Shown in pieces: positions 17,725 to 27,369 of a DNA stretch of 64,000 nucleotides (position 1 is the stretch's first letter; each line of letters starts with the position of its first letter). This DNA comes from Candidatus Xenobia bacterium. GTDB taxonomy: Bacteria > Vulcanimicrobiota > Xenobia > Xenobiales > QWHO01. The notes under the pieces are model-generated. The model did not search any database, was not told the DNA's origin, and worked only from the letters and a program-made list of their open reading frames with translations. The DNA is taken from NCBI GenBank assembly GCA_045863235.1, contig BTUM01000004.1, positions 146,982 through 210,981 on the forward strand, written 5' to 3'. A program made the translations under genes and the position numbers.

Positions 17725-19143
17725 TCAGCGCGCTTTGAACACCGAGCCCGACCGGGGTGGCTGCTCCAGCGTGGTGCCCGCCAGGGTGCCCTGCCCGTAG
17801 ATCCGCTCCAGTCCGCTCAGCTCCAGCGTGCACCGCTCGGTGTCGCGGCCCGCGTTGACGGCCACCACGAGCTTCTCGTTCTTCAGCGTGCGGCTATAGA
17901 CGAACAGCTCCCCGCTGGCTGAGATGGGGGCGTAGTCCCCCCGCCGCAGGCACTTATACTTGTGGCGCAGCGCGATCAGCTCGCGAAAGATGGCCTGCAG
18001 CTCTTTGTCCCAGGTGCTCTCGTCCCAGGGAAAGGCCTTGCGGCAGTCAGGATCGCGTCCCCCGGTCAGCCCGATCTCATCGCCATAGTAGACGCAGGGA
18101 GCGCCCAGGAAAGTCATCTGGATCAGCGTGGCCAGCTCCAGGCCGCTCCGGTCCCCCTGGCACAGGGTCAACACGCGCGGCGTGTCGTGGCTGTCGAGCA
18201 GGTTGAGCTGCACCGAGCTGATGGCCTCGGGGTAGAGCTTGAGCACCTGGTCCATGGCCAGCTGAAAGGCTCGCGCGTCCAGGGGCTCTTTGGTCCCGTA
18301 CTGCATTCCCTTTGTCAGGGAGCGATCCCAGCTCTTGAGGCAGAAGCCCAGCACCGAGCTGGTCCACAGATAGTTCATCACAGCGTCGAACATGTCGCCC
18401 TGCAGCCAGCGGCGCGCGTCTACCCAGATCTCGCCCACGATGTAGCACTCGCGGTTCTTCTTGCGCACCCGGCGGCGGAACTCTTGCCAGAAGGAATCGT
18501 CGTCGATCTCGTTGGGAACGTCCAGGCGCCAGCCGTCGATGCCCTGGTCCACCCAGTGAGAAGCCACTCCCCACAGAAACTCGCGCACCGCCGGGGTCTC
18601 GGTGCGGAACTTGGGCAGGGCCGGCAGGCCCCACCAGCAGGCGTAATTGGCCGGTTTGCTGTCGTCGTAAGGACTGAGCGGCCAGCCGTGGATGGTGAAC
18701 CAGTCCAGCCAGGGCGAGTGGAGGCCGTTCTCGAGGATGTCGTTGAACTGGAAAAAGCCCCGGCTGGCGTGGTTGAAGACTCCGTCCAGCACGATGCGCA
18801 TACCGCGGCGCTTGCACTCGGCCAGCAGCCGCTCGAAAGCCCTGTTGCCCCCCAGCAGCGGGTCGACCTGATAGTAGTCGTAAGTGTGGTAGCGGTGGTT
18901 GGCGGAAGACCAGAAGATGGGGCAGAAGTAGAGCGCGTTGATGCCCAGCTCCTGGAGATAATCCAGGTGCTCGAGCACCCCCTCCAGGTCTCCCCCTTTG
19001 AAGCCGTGGGCGGTGGGAGGATGCTCCCAGCCCTCGAGATTGTGAGGCTTGACAAGTTTCTCGCTGCGGGCGAAGCGGTCGGGAAAGATCTGGTAAAAGA
19101 CGGCGTCGCGCACCCAGTCTGGAGTGTCGATCTTGGCAGCCAT
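17725..19143 (-). CDS. GH13 neopullulanase/cyclomaltodextrinase-type alpha-amylase
   Basis: FYQIFPDRF, GGDLEG, DGVFNH, GWRLDVP, VGEIW, LLDSHDT, YYGDEIG. Confidence 0.95.
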   Translation of the reverse strand: MAAKIDTPDWVRDAVFYQIFPDRFARSEKLVKPHNLEGWEHPPTAHGFKGGDLEGVLEHLDYLQELGINALYFCPIFWSSANHRYHTYDYYQVDPLLGGNRAFERLLAECKRRGMRIVLDGVFNHASRGFFQFNDILENGLHSPWLDWFTIHGWPLSPYDDSKPANYACWWGLPALPKFRTETPAVREFLWGVASHWVDQGIDGWRLDVPNEIDDDSFWQEFRRRVRKKNRECYIVGEIWVDARRWLQGDMFDAVMNYLWTSSVLGFCLKSWDRSLTKGMQYGTKEPLDARAFQLAMDQVLKLYPEAISSVQLNLLDSHDTPRVLTLCQGDRSGLELATLIQMTFLGAPCVYYGDEIGLTGGRDPDCRKAFPWDESTWDKELQAIFRELIALRHKYKCLRRGDYAPISASGELFVYSRTLKNEKLVVAVNAGRDTERCTLELSGLERIYGQGTLAGTTLEQPPRSGSVFKAR

Positions 19144-19265
19144 CAGCGCTGGGATTTCGGGCCGCGAAACCGACTTCCCCCTTCGAAGCCTTGTTCGAAA
19201 TGAGATCCGGCCGCGGGGTGCGAAGGGCCCGCGCCGGAACAAGCCATGCACACCGGAGGACTGTC

Positions 19266-21824
19266 TTGAAGTTACTTGGCACGATTAAAGTTCGCCCCGA
19301 GCTACCCAAACGGCTAGCGGGGTTGGGCCGGTTGGCCCGAAACCTCTGGTGGGCCTGGCATCCTGAAGCCGTGCGGCTCTTCGCCGATCTGGACAAGCGC
19401 CAATGGCAGAGCGGGCGGGAAAACCCGGTCCGCTTCCTGGCCCTGTTGCCGCAAGACCGGCTGGAGAAGGCGGCCGCCGACGCTGCCTATTGCAAGCGGT
19501 ACGATCAGGTCATGAACGAGTTCGACGACTACATCAAGCGCGAGGATACCTGGTTCAAGCGCAGCTTTCCCAAGCAGAGCGACCAGCTGATCGCTTACTT
19601 TTCGGCCGAATTCGGGCTGCACGAGTGCCTGCCGATTTACTCCGGCGGCCTGGGCGTGCTGTCGGGCGACCACCTCAAGACGGCCAGCGATCTGGGCATC
19701 CCCCTGGTGGGCGTGGGCCTGGTCTATAACCATGGCTACTTCGTCCAGCGCATCAACCAGGAAGGCCAGCAGGAAGCCAGCTATCAGCGCCTGGATTTCG
19801 ACATGGCCCCCATCCGCCGGGCCACCGACCCCGACGGCCAGGAAGTGATCGTGCAGGTGGAGATGCCCGACCGCCGCGTGGAGGCCCGGGTCTGGTTGGT
19901 GGAGGTGGGCCGGGTGCGGCTCTTCTTGCTGGATACCGACCTGCCGGACAACTCTGACTCCGACCGGCGCCTTTCGGCCCAGCTGTACGGGGGGGACATC
20001 CACATGCGCATCGCCCAGGAGAAAATCCTGGGAATCGGCGGGGTGCGGGCCCTGCGCCAGATGGGCATCGCTCCCACCGTCTGGCACATGAATGAAGGCC
20101 ACTCGGCCTTCCTCACCCTCGAGCGGCTGCGCGAGCTGGTCCAGAGCGACGGCCTGAACTGGCACGAGGCGGTGGAAGCGATGGCTCCCTCGGTCTGCTT
20201 CACCACCCACACCCCGGTCCCGGCCGGCCACGATGTCTTCGACCAGACCATGATGGAAGGCCACTTCTGGAGTCTGCGGGCGGCCCTGGGCATGACCGCG
20301 GACGAGTTCATGAAGCTGGGCCAGGAAGGAAATCCCCCGGGCGGCCTCTTCAGCCTGACGGTTCTGGCCATGCGCATGTCGCGCTATCGCAACGGCGTGA
20401 GCGCCCTGCACGGCGAGGTATCGCGCTCCTTGTGGACCAAGGTCTGGCCGGGCCTGCCCGAATCGGAAGTTCCGGTGCGCCACATCACCAACGGCATCCA
20501 TGTCCCCACCTGGTTGGCTTCCCCACTGGCCGACCTGTTCGACCGCCACCTCAAGGAAGGCTGGCGCCACGAGCCCCAGGACCCCAAGAACTGGAAAGAG
20601 GTGGACAAGATCCCCACCGGCGAGTTGTGGAAGGTCCACCAGGGCCTCAAGAAAGCCATGGTGGATGCGGTCAGAAAGCGCATCAAGCTGCGGGCCGCTC
20701 GGCTGGGTGAGCCGGTCGGTCGCCAGGGCGCCGCCGCCGACGTGCTCGACCCGGACGCATTGACCATCGGGTTTGCCCGCCGTTTCGCCACCTACAAGCG
20801 AGCCGTGCTGCTGTTTACTGACCTTGATCGCCTGCACCGCCTGCTGCACGACCCCCAGCGCCCTATGCAGCTGGTCTTTGCCGGCAAGGCCCATCCGGCC
20901 GACCTGCCGGGACAGCAGTTCATCCGGCAGATCTACGAGTTCTCCCGCTCCAGCGAGTTCGCCGGCAAGGTGGTGATCGTGGAGGACTACGACATGGAGC
21001 TGGCCCGGGCTCTGGTGGCCGGGGTGGACGTGTGGCTCAACAACCCGCGCCGCCCGCTGGAAGCTTCCGGCACCAGCGGCCAGAAGGCGGCCATGAACGG
21101 AGTGCTCAACTTCAGCGTGCTGGATGGCTGGTGGGCCGAAGGCTACAACGGCAAGAATGGCTGGAAGATCGGCGAGCCCATCGAGTTCGCCACCTATGAC
21201 GAACAGGATCTGGCCGACGTGACCAGCCTCTACGCCACGCTGGAAGACGAGATCATTCCGCTCTACTATGACCGCGACCGCAACGACCTCCCCGCCCTCT
21301 GGGTGGACCGCATGAAGGAGTCGATCCGCACTTTGTCGCCGCTTTATTCGACCCACCGCATGCTGGTGGACTACTGCAACGAGATGTACATTCCGGCCGC
21401 CAAGCGGGCCCGCGAGGTGAGCGCCAAGAACTTTGCCCAGGCCCGCTCGATCGCCGAGTGGCGGGGGCGCGTCAACAAGCAGTGGAGCCATGTGGCCATC
21501 CAGGCTCAGATTCCCGCCGAGGACGAGATTGCCCGCGGGCAGAAGGTCTCGTTCCGGGCCTGGGCCACACTGGGCAAGCTCGATCCCAAGGACGTGCGGG
21601 TGGAAGTGCTCAGCGGTCCGGTCGAGAACGGCTCGGTCAAAGCTCCCGCCACCACCGAGCTGCGCTACACAGGCCGCGAGAACGGGGTGCACCTGTTCGA
21701 GGGCGAGGTCGCTCCCCAGCAAACCGGCAGCATCGGCTTCGGAGTGCGGGTGCGCCCGGTGCACCCCGACCTGAAGTCCCCGGACGAGTCCGGCAAGCTG
21801 ACCTGGGCCAGCTCCATCAACTGA
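19266..21824 (+). CDS. glgP: Alpha-glucan (glycogen) phosphorylase
   Basis: YSGGLGVL.GD, HMNEGH, FARRFATYKR, EASGTSG.KA PLP site; GGAGG RBS before TTG 19266. Confidence 0.97.
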   Translation: MKLLGTIKVRPELPKRLAGLGRLARNLWWAWHPEAVRLFADLDKRQWQSGRENPVRFLALLPQDRLEKAAADAAYCKRYDQVMNEFDDYIKREDTWFKRSFPKQSDQLIAYFSAEFGLHECLPIYSGGLGVLSGDHLKTASDLGIPLVGVGLVYNHGYFVQRINQEGQQEASYQRLDFDMAPIRRATDPDGQEVIVQVEMPDRRVEARVWLVEVGRVRLFLLDTDLPDNSDSDRRLSAQLYGGDIHMRIAQEKILGIGGVRALRQMGIAPTVWHMNEGHSAFLTLERLRELVQSDGLNWHEAVEAMAPSVCFTTHTPVPAGHDVFDQTMMEGHFWSLRAALGMTADEFMKLGQEGNPPGGLFSLTVLAMRMSRYRNGVSALHGEVSRSLWTKVWPGLPESEVPVRHITNGIHVPTWLASPLADLFDRHLKEGWRHEPQDPKNWKEVDKIPTGELWKVHQGLKKAMVDAVRKRIKLRAARLGEPVGRQGAAADVLDPDALTIGFARRFATYKRAVLLFTDLDRLHRLLHDPQRPMQLVFAGKAHPADLPGQQFIRQIYEFSRSSEFAGKVVIVEDYDMELARALVAGVDVWLNNPRRPLEASGTSGQKAAMNGVLNFSVLDGWWAEGYNGKNGWKIGEPIEFATYDEQDLADVTSLYATLEDEIIPLYYDRDRNDLPALWVDRMKESIRTLSPLYSTHRMLVDYCNEMYIPAAKRAREVSAKNFAQARSIAEWRGRVNKQWSHVAIQAQIPAEDEIARGQKVSFRAWATLGKLDPKDVRVEVLSGPVENGSVKAPATTELRYTGRENGVHLFEGEVAPQQTGSIGFGVRVRPVHPDLKSPDESGKLTWASSIN

Positions 21825-21858
21825 AGGACTTCCTTCGAGGCCAAATCAACCGATGTGG

Positions 21859-22818
21859 CTAGCCCCCGACCGGGCCGTCCGGGTGGCCGAGCTTCTCTGA
21901 AACGCGCTGGTTACGACCTGCAGGTCTCGCCGCCCCTTCCACCTGGCTTATGCGCCGGGGTGCGAAGGCGGGCTCCAAAAACGTCGCATTGACCAGAGCT
22001 CGACGCCAGTGGTTCAGACCCGGGTCGAAGTCAGAGCCGCCCAGCCCCAACTCCACCAGGTCGGCCATCCGCGAGTCGGCCCGATAGCGGGCTGCCACGG
22101 TGCCGAAGAGGTAATCCCAGAACGCGAACAGGTTGGAGTAGTTGGAATCGAAGTCGGCCCGCTCGCGACTATGATGCATGCGATGAAAGCGTGGGCTGGC
22201 GATCAGGTAGCCCAGAGGACCAAAGTCCCAGGGCAGATCGGAGTGCTGCAGGAACTCCACAACCTGAAAGACGAGCAAGACAAGAAAGGCCACCTCGGGC
22301 CGAGGAATCCCAAGAAGCAATGTGACCAGCATCACTGTGACGACCCGGACGAAGAAAATCTCGGCCCAGGACTGGCGAGCTCCGGTGAGGATGGTAAACT
22401 CCTCGGCCGCGTGATGGAGCCGGTGGAAGCGCCACAGGAAGGGAACCCGGTGCAGCAGCAGATGGGCCAGATAGTGAGCCAGATCGGTGGCCACCAGCCA
22501 GAGCGCAACCTGCCAGAACAAGCCCGCAGGCGCGCCCAGCAGCCCTGAAAATTGCCAGTGGGGCTTGAGCAGGTGGAGAGCGCCCGCTACCAGGCCCGGC
22601 AGGGTGACCAGAGCCAGGAGGGCAGGAAAAGACCCGAGCAGGGTCAGCCGCGCGAGCCAGAAGACCAGGTCAGTACGAGCGCTGCTACTGTTCGACCACA
22701 GACGCATCCAGGAGGAAGGCTTACGATACAGCCAGGTGAGCAAGAAGTGCTCCAAAAGCAGCACCGCCAGCAACAGGCAGGCGCTGCCCAGGAGCCACTC
22801 AAGGCTGGTCTTCGGCAA
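21859..22818 (-). CDS. Sterol desaturase / fatty-acid hydroxylase family membrane di-iron enzyme
   Basis: His boxes HYLAH, HRLHH, QH, HRMHH; WDYLFGT. Confidence 0.88.
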   Translation of the reverse strand: MPKTSLEWLLGSACLLLAVLLLEHFLLTWLYRKPSSWMRLWSNSSSARTDLVFWLARLTLLGSFPALLALVTLPGLVAGALHLLKPHWQFSGLLGAPAGLFWQVALWLVATDLAHYLAHLLLHRVPFLWRFHRLHHAAEEFTILTGARQSWAEIFFVRVVTVMLVTLLLGIPRPEVAFLVLLVFQVVEFLQHSDLPWDFGPLGYLIASPRFHRMHHSRERADFDSNYSNLFAFWDYLFGTVAARYRADSRMADLVELGLGGSDFDPGLNHWRRALVNATFLEPAFAPRRISQVEGAARPAGRNQRVSEKLGHPDGPVGG

Positions 22819-24619
22819 GGACCACGGCCAGGAAGACGCACAGAAAACCGTTGAAGAGCAGCCACAGCCGGCTGAGGATGGCCGGGATGTAGAGCACCGT
22901 GGCCGCCCCCGTGATGGCCCCGAAGAGCAGGTGGGCCGCGATGCCCGCCGTCAGGCCGGCCACCACGGCGCGCAGGAAGCGGTTCTCCACCACCAGCACG
23001 GCCAGGGCCATCGGGATCAGGCAGCTATAAAAGATCGGGTTGGCGTGGCCGCCCGCTCCCAGCAGCAGCATGTCCCACTGGGGGAAGCCCGAGGTGAGCA
23101 TCGGGTTGAGCGGCACCTGGTTGCCCATGAACAGCGGCAGGAAGAAGAATCCTGAAGAGCCCACGATGATCCCGGGCAAAGTGGCCATGGCGCTGATGAG
23201 TGCGCCCCGCCGGAGCAGGGGCAGCAACACGAAGGCTCCGATCACCACGGCCAGACCCAGGCGCCAGGCTCCATAGACGAAGCCGGCCTTCCAGACTGCT
23301 TTGCTGGCATCCATGATGCCGGCGCCGTAGCCCTTCTGCTTGCCTTCCTTGCCCTTGGAGCGCGCCGTGCTCTTCATCATCGCCTCGACCGCCGAGGGAT
23401 TGGTGACGCCCAGGCTGGCGATCAGGGCAGCTTCTCCGGCTGCGTGGGGACAGGCCATGGAGGTGCCCTGGAAGTAGAAGTAGCCGCTCTTCTTGTGATT
23501 CTGCACTTCGATGGTGTTCTGCAGCACCCCGCCGGTGGCGTCGTTACGGGTAGAGCCGCCGGGCGCAGCGAGGTCGATCTCGGGCCCAAAATTGGTGTAC
23601 CAGGTCAGGTTCTCGTCGCGATCCACGGCCGACACCGAGATACAGGCCGAGTAGGCGGCCGGATAGGAGGGCCGGTTCTTGGACTCGTTGCCGGCGGCGC
23701 AGACCACGGCCGTGCCGTGGCTCTTGGCATAACTGCAGGCCTCGTCCATGACGGTGCTGGGGAACGGGCCACCCAGGCTCATGTTGATGGCGCTGGCCCC
23801 ATGGTCAGCAGCAAAATTGATGGCGTCGGCGATGTTGGCCACCGAGCCCGAGCCGCCCTTGCTGAGCACCTTGACCGGCATGATGGCGGCACCCCAGGCC
23901 ACACCCACCACGCCTTTGCCGTTGTTGGTGGACTGAGCGATGGTGCCGGCCACGTGGGTTCCGTGGCAATGATCGTCGAGCGCCTGCACGCGCTTGTTGA
24001 CGAAGTCGTAGCCCGGCACGAAGCGGGTCTGGTCGAGGTCCTCCACCTGGTGGAACGTCTCGTAGTTCTCATAGGCCACGCCCGTGTCGAGCACGGCCAC
24101 CACGGCGTTCTGGCCGTTGGACCAGGGCCAGGCCTCGACCGCCTTGACCTGGGTCATATGCCATTGCTGATTGAACATCGGGTCGTTGGGAAAACTTTGA
24201 GCAAAGTAGAGATAATTGGGCTCGACGTGCTGCACCAGGGGATCCTGAGAAAGCTCGGCCAGAAGCGAGGGCAGGCGGTCCTCCGAGACCTCGGCAACAG
24301 TCAGGCCAGCCCGCACCGAGTTCTGAGAGTTGTAGCGCAGGTCGACCTCGAGCCGCTGCTCCAGGGCCACGATCTCAGCCGAGGAGGCGTCGTCCTCGAG
24401 ATCCACCACCAGGCTGCCCTCCAGCCGCTGCAGGCCACCGGGCAGGGGGCCCGGCCCATCGGGGTCGGCAAAAGTGGTGGGGGCCTCGGACTGGTCGGTG
24501 GCCACGCCCACCCGGGAGAGCCGGAACTGGTCCTGGCCGCTGTTGTCCCACCAGACGGTGGCGGCCAGGGCCATCAGGATCAGTGCCAGCGGAATGGTGC
24601 GAAGCAGGCGTCGGGTCAT
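22799..24619 (-). CDS. S8 subtilisin-family protease with N-terminal anchor/prodomain and C-terminal multi-TM region
   Basis: VAVLDTG, HGTHVAGT, AAGN, GTSMACPH; about five C-terminal hydrophobic helices. Confidence 0.93.
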   Translation of the reverse strand: MTRRLLRTIPLALILMALAATVWWDNSGQDQFRLSRVGVATDQSEAPTTFADPDGPGPLPGGLQRLEGSLVVDLEDDASSAEIVALEQRLEVDLRYNSQNSVRAGLTVAEVSEDRLPSLLAELSQDPLVQHVEPNYLYFAQSFPNDPMFNQQWHMTQVKAVEAWPWSNGQNAVVAVLDTGVAYENYETFHQVEDLDQTRFVPGYDFVNKRVQALDDHCHGTHVAGTIAQSTNNGKGVVGVAWGAAIMPVKVLSKGGSGSVANIADAINFAADHGASAINMSLGGPFPSTVMDEACSYAKSHGTAVVCAAGNESKNRPSYPAAYSACISVSAVDRDENLTWYTNFGPEIDLAAPGGSTRNDATGGVLQNTIEVQNHKKSGYFYFQGTSMACPHAAGEAALIASLGVTNPSAVEAMMKSTARSKGKEGKQKGYGAGIMDASKAVWKAGFVYGAWRLGLAVVIGAFVLLPLLRRGALISAMATLPGIIVGSSGFFFLPLFMGNQVPLNPMLTSGFPQWDMLLLGAGGHANPIFYSCLIPMALAVLVVENRFLRAVVAGLTAGIAAHLLFGAITGAATVLYIPAILSRLWLLFNGFLCVFLAVVLAEDQP

Positions 24620-24630
24620 CGAGGAACTCC

Positions 24631-26499
24631 TTAGGGTTCAGAGTGCGCGTGTATTCCTTGCTGCGCAGGCGATTCCTTCGCCTGCTCCAGGGTCTGGCCC
24701 ACGTTGAGCTCGACGGGCACCTCGACCCCGGTCTTGAAGTTGCCGAGCAGCACCTGGATCAACTCCACGCAGCGCTCGCCGTCGTCTCGCGCGGCAGCCT
24801 GGCGCAACTCCTCGAGCTGCGAGCCCGGCCAGTCCGGTCCGGGGGGCGCGGTGGTCACCTTCATGATCTTGGGAGCCCCGCTGGGAGCGGTCTCCTCGCC
24901 CTCGTTGACCAGGCCCTCACGCAGCTTTTCGCCGGGTCGAATGCCGGTGAACTCGATGGGGATGTCGCGGTCGGGCTCAAACCCCGAGAGCCGGATCAGG
25001 TTGCGGGCGAGATCCACGATCTTGACCGGCTGGCCCATGTCCAGAATGTAGAGCTCGCCGCCCTTTGCGATGGCGGCCGCCTGCAGCACCAGGGTCACCG
25101 CCTCGGGAATGGTCATGAAGTAGCGCGACATCTCGGGATCGGTCACCGTGACCGGCCCACCCTTGAGGATCTGGCGACGAAAAGTCGGGATCACGCTGCC
25201 CCGGCTCCCCAGCACGTTGCCAAAGCGCACGGCCACGAAGCCGGGGGCGCGCTGGCTCACCAGCAGGAGCTCGCACATGCGCTTGGTGGCCCCCATGACG
25301 CTGCACGGATTGACCGCCTTGTCGGTGGAGAGCAAGATGAACTTCTCCACCCCGTGCTGGCGCGCGAGCTCCATCACTTGCAGGGTGCCAAAAACGTTGT
25401 TGGAGACAGCCTCGGAGGGGTTGGCCTCCATCAGGGGCACATGCTTGTGCGCGGCCGCGTGGAACACCACCTCGGGCTTGTAGAGCTCAAAGAGCGAGCG
25501 CATCCGGCTCGGGTCGCGCACGTCCGCGATGTAGCAAGCGATTTTGTGCTCGCGTAGCTCCAGGCTGATCTCGTAGATGCTGTTCTCGCCCCGACCGAGT
25601 AGAATCAGCAGCTTGGGAGAGAACCTGCTGACCTGGCGACAGATCTCCGAGCCGATCGAGCCGCCTGCCCCGGTGACCAGCACGGTGCGACCTGCCAGGT
25701 AGGAGGCCACGCCCTCCATATCGAGCCGGATGGGGTCTCGCTCGAGCAGGTCCTCGATGCGCACTTCGCGCAGCAGGTTGGCTTCGGCCAGCTCGGTCAG
25801 CCCGGGAGCCACCCGCAGCTCGACCTGGCTGCCGGCCAGGCCGTCGACCACTTTGCGCACCAGGGCCGGAGCCGGCTGGGCCAGGATGACCTGGCTGACC
25901 GCCAGCGCCTCGACCAGCTCGGGTAAGTCCTCGACGGACCCCAGCACGGTCACGCCGTGGATGCGAAGGCCGCGATGGTCGGGTTGATCGTCTACCAGGC
26001 CGACCACCTGCACGCGTCCGGGAGAGCGGCGGAGATCGCGCAGCACCGCCTCGCCGGCATCACCGGCACCCACGATCAGCACGCGCTTGCCGACCCCTCC
26101 GCGCTGCCTCTCGCTGGCCAGGCGCAACAGAAAACGAATCCCGCCGCAACCTGCCACGGCGATGAACCAGCCCACGATGAGCGAGGTGCGCGGAAAGACG
26201 GCTCCCCCGGTAAAGACGACCGCCACCTGGAAGGGGACGAAGGCGATGGTGATTCCTGCCACGATCGAGAGGAGATCGGAGACGCCGGCATAACGCCAGA
26301 CCTTGTGGTAGATCCCGAGCAGCCAGAAGACGAATACCACGGTGGTGGCTACGCTGGGGTAGAACCAGGCCACCGGGTCCAGAAAACGGGCCATGGCACC
26401 GTGGTCGAAGTCGAGTCGGAGGGCCACGGCGCCCACCAGGCTCAGCATCACCAGGAAGAAATCTCCCAGCGCCAGACCGACTTTGGTGCGAAAACTCAA
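24631..26499 (-). CDS. Nucleoside-diphosphate sugar dehydratase, PglF/CapD family
   Basis: Four N-terminal TM helices, GAGDAG, TGAGGSIGSE, HAAAHKHVP, STDKAVNP, RFGNVLGSRGSV. Confidence 0.95.
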   Translation of the reverse strand: MSFRTKVGLALGDFFLVMLSLVGAVALRLDFDHGAMARFLDPVAWFYPSVATTVVFVFWLLGIYHKVWRYAGVSDLLSIVAGITIAFVPFQVAVVFTGGAVFPRTSLIVGWFIAVAGCGGIRFLLRLASERQRGGVGKRVLIVGAGDAGEAVLRDLRRSPGRVQVVGLVDDQPDHRGLRIHGVTVLGSVEDLPELVEALAVSQVILAQPAPALVRKVVDGLAGSQVELRVAPGLTELAEANLLREVRIEDLLERDPIRLDMEGVASYLAGRTVLVTGAGGSIGSEICRQVSRFSPKLLILLGRGENSIYEISLELREHKIACYIADVRDPSRMRSLFELYKPEVVFHAAAHKHVPLMEANPSEAVSNNVFGTLQVMELARQHGVEKFILLSTDKAVNPCSVMGATKRMCELLLVSQRAPGFVAVRFGNVLGSRGSVIPTFRRQILKGGPVTVTDPEMSRYFMTIPEAVTLVLQAAAIAKGGELYILDMGQPVKIVDLARNLIRLSGFEPDRDIPIEFTGIRPGEKLREGLVNEGEETAPSGAPKIMKVTTAPPGPDWPGSQLEELRQAAARDDGERCVELIQVLLGNFKTGVEVPVELNVGQTLEQAKESPAQQGIHAHSEP

Positions 26500-26558
26500 G
26501 CATTGAGGGCTTCTGTTCCAGGCGGGGAGCCTCCTGTCGCGAAGTTCGGTCGCGGGTT

Positions 26559-26575
26559 GTTACAAAAGTTTTACA
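26559..26575 (-). promoter_or_regulatory. OmpR-family direct-repeat site matching the WalR box TGTWAH-N5-TGTWAH
   Basis: Minus strand TGTAAA-ACTTT-TGTAAC in the divergent intergenic region. Confidence 0.45.
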
Positions 26576-26649
26576 AGCCTCCGGTTGGGGAACTTGCCCC
26601 GGTCGGTTACAATAGGGGCAAGCCACAAGACTGACCGGGAGGCCAATCC

Positions 26650-27333
26650 GTGCTCGAAGGCATCGACCGCATCGAAGGGCGTATCAAGCAGATCGAGTCC
26701 CGCATCCAGGGGCCGCCGCCTGACTCGGCCTATTTCCAGCACCTGATGAGCCAGTCCGAGAAGAGCCTCCAGAACAAGAAGCCGGCTCAAGACGCAGCTT
26801 CCATGAAGCTCAACCAGTACAATCCCCAGCAGTGGGGCGGCAGCACCAACCCGCTGAACCTCACCCCCCTGGCCCAGAACAACTCGGTTTCCTGCGGACA
26901 GACCAGCGTGGCCATGTGCGTCAACACCCTGACCGGCCAGAACCTCAAGGACTATGACATCGACGCCAAGTATGGCTTCGAGCTGATGCGTGCCCTCAAT
27001 ACCGAATGCCAGCCCCACGGCATCACCTGGGCCGACGCGGGCAACATCGGGGCCGACAAGTGGCCCCTGATCGAACAGAAGGTCAACCAGGAGCAGACTC
27101 CCGTCATCGTGGCCCTGAACGGGCCCGAGTTCTCGGTTTCGGGAATGGGCCACATCGTGACCATCATCAAGGTGGACGGCGACAAGGTCACCTACGCCGA
27201 CCCGGCCACGGGTACCACACGCACCACCACCAAGGCCAACATGAATAACGCTCCCTCTCACCCCGACGGCAACTTCGTCTTCTACGGCACCCGTCAGGAC
27301 ACCGCCACCAACGCTTTGTTGCCTGACACGTAG
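26650..27333 (+). CDS. C39-like cysteine peptidase with N-terminal 'I.RI..RI.QI..RI' helix
   Basis: Q....SCGQTSVAM, GHIVTI, YADPA; GGAGG RBS before GTG. Confidence 0.8.
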   Translation: MLEGIDRIEGRIKQIESRIQGPPPDSAYFQHLMSQSEKSLQNKKPAQDAASMKLNQYNPQQWGGSTNPLNLTPLAQNNSVSCGQTSVAMCVNTLTGQNLKDYDIDAKYGFELMRALNTECQPHGITWADAGNIGADKWPLIEQKVNQEQTPVIVALNGPEFSVSGMGHIVTIIKVDGDKVTYADPATGTTRTTTKANMNNAPSHPDGNFVFYGTRQDTATNALLPDT

Positions 27334-27369
27334 GGTCTTTACGCCCCGGGTCGAAGGGGCCGTCCGCCC

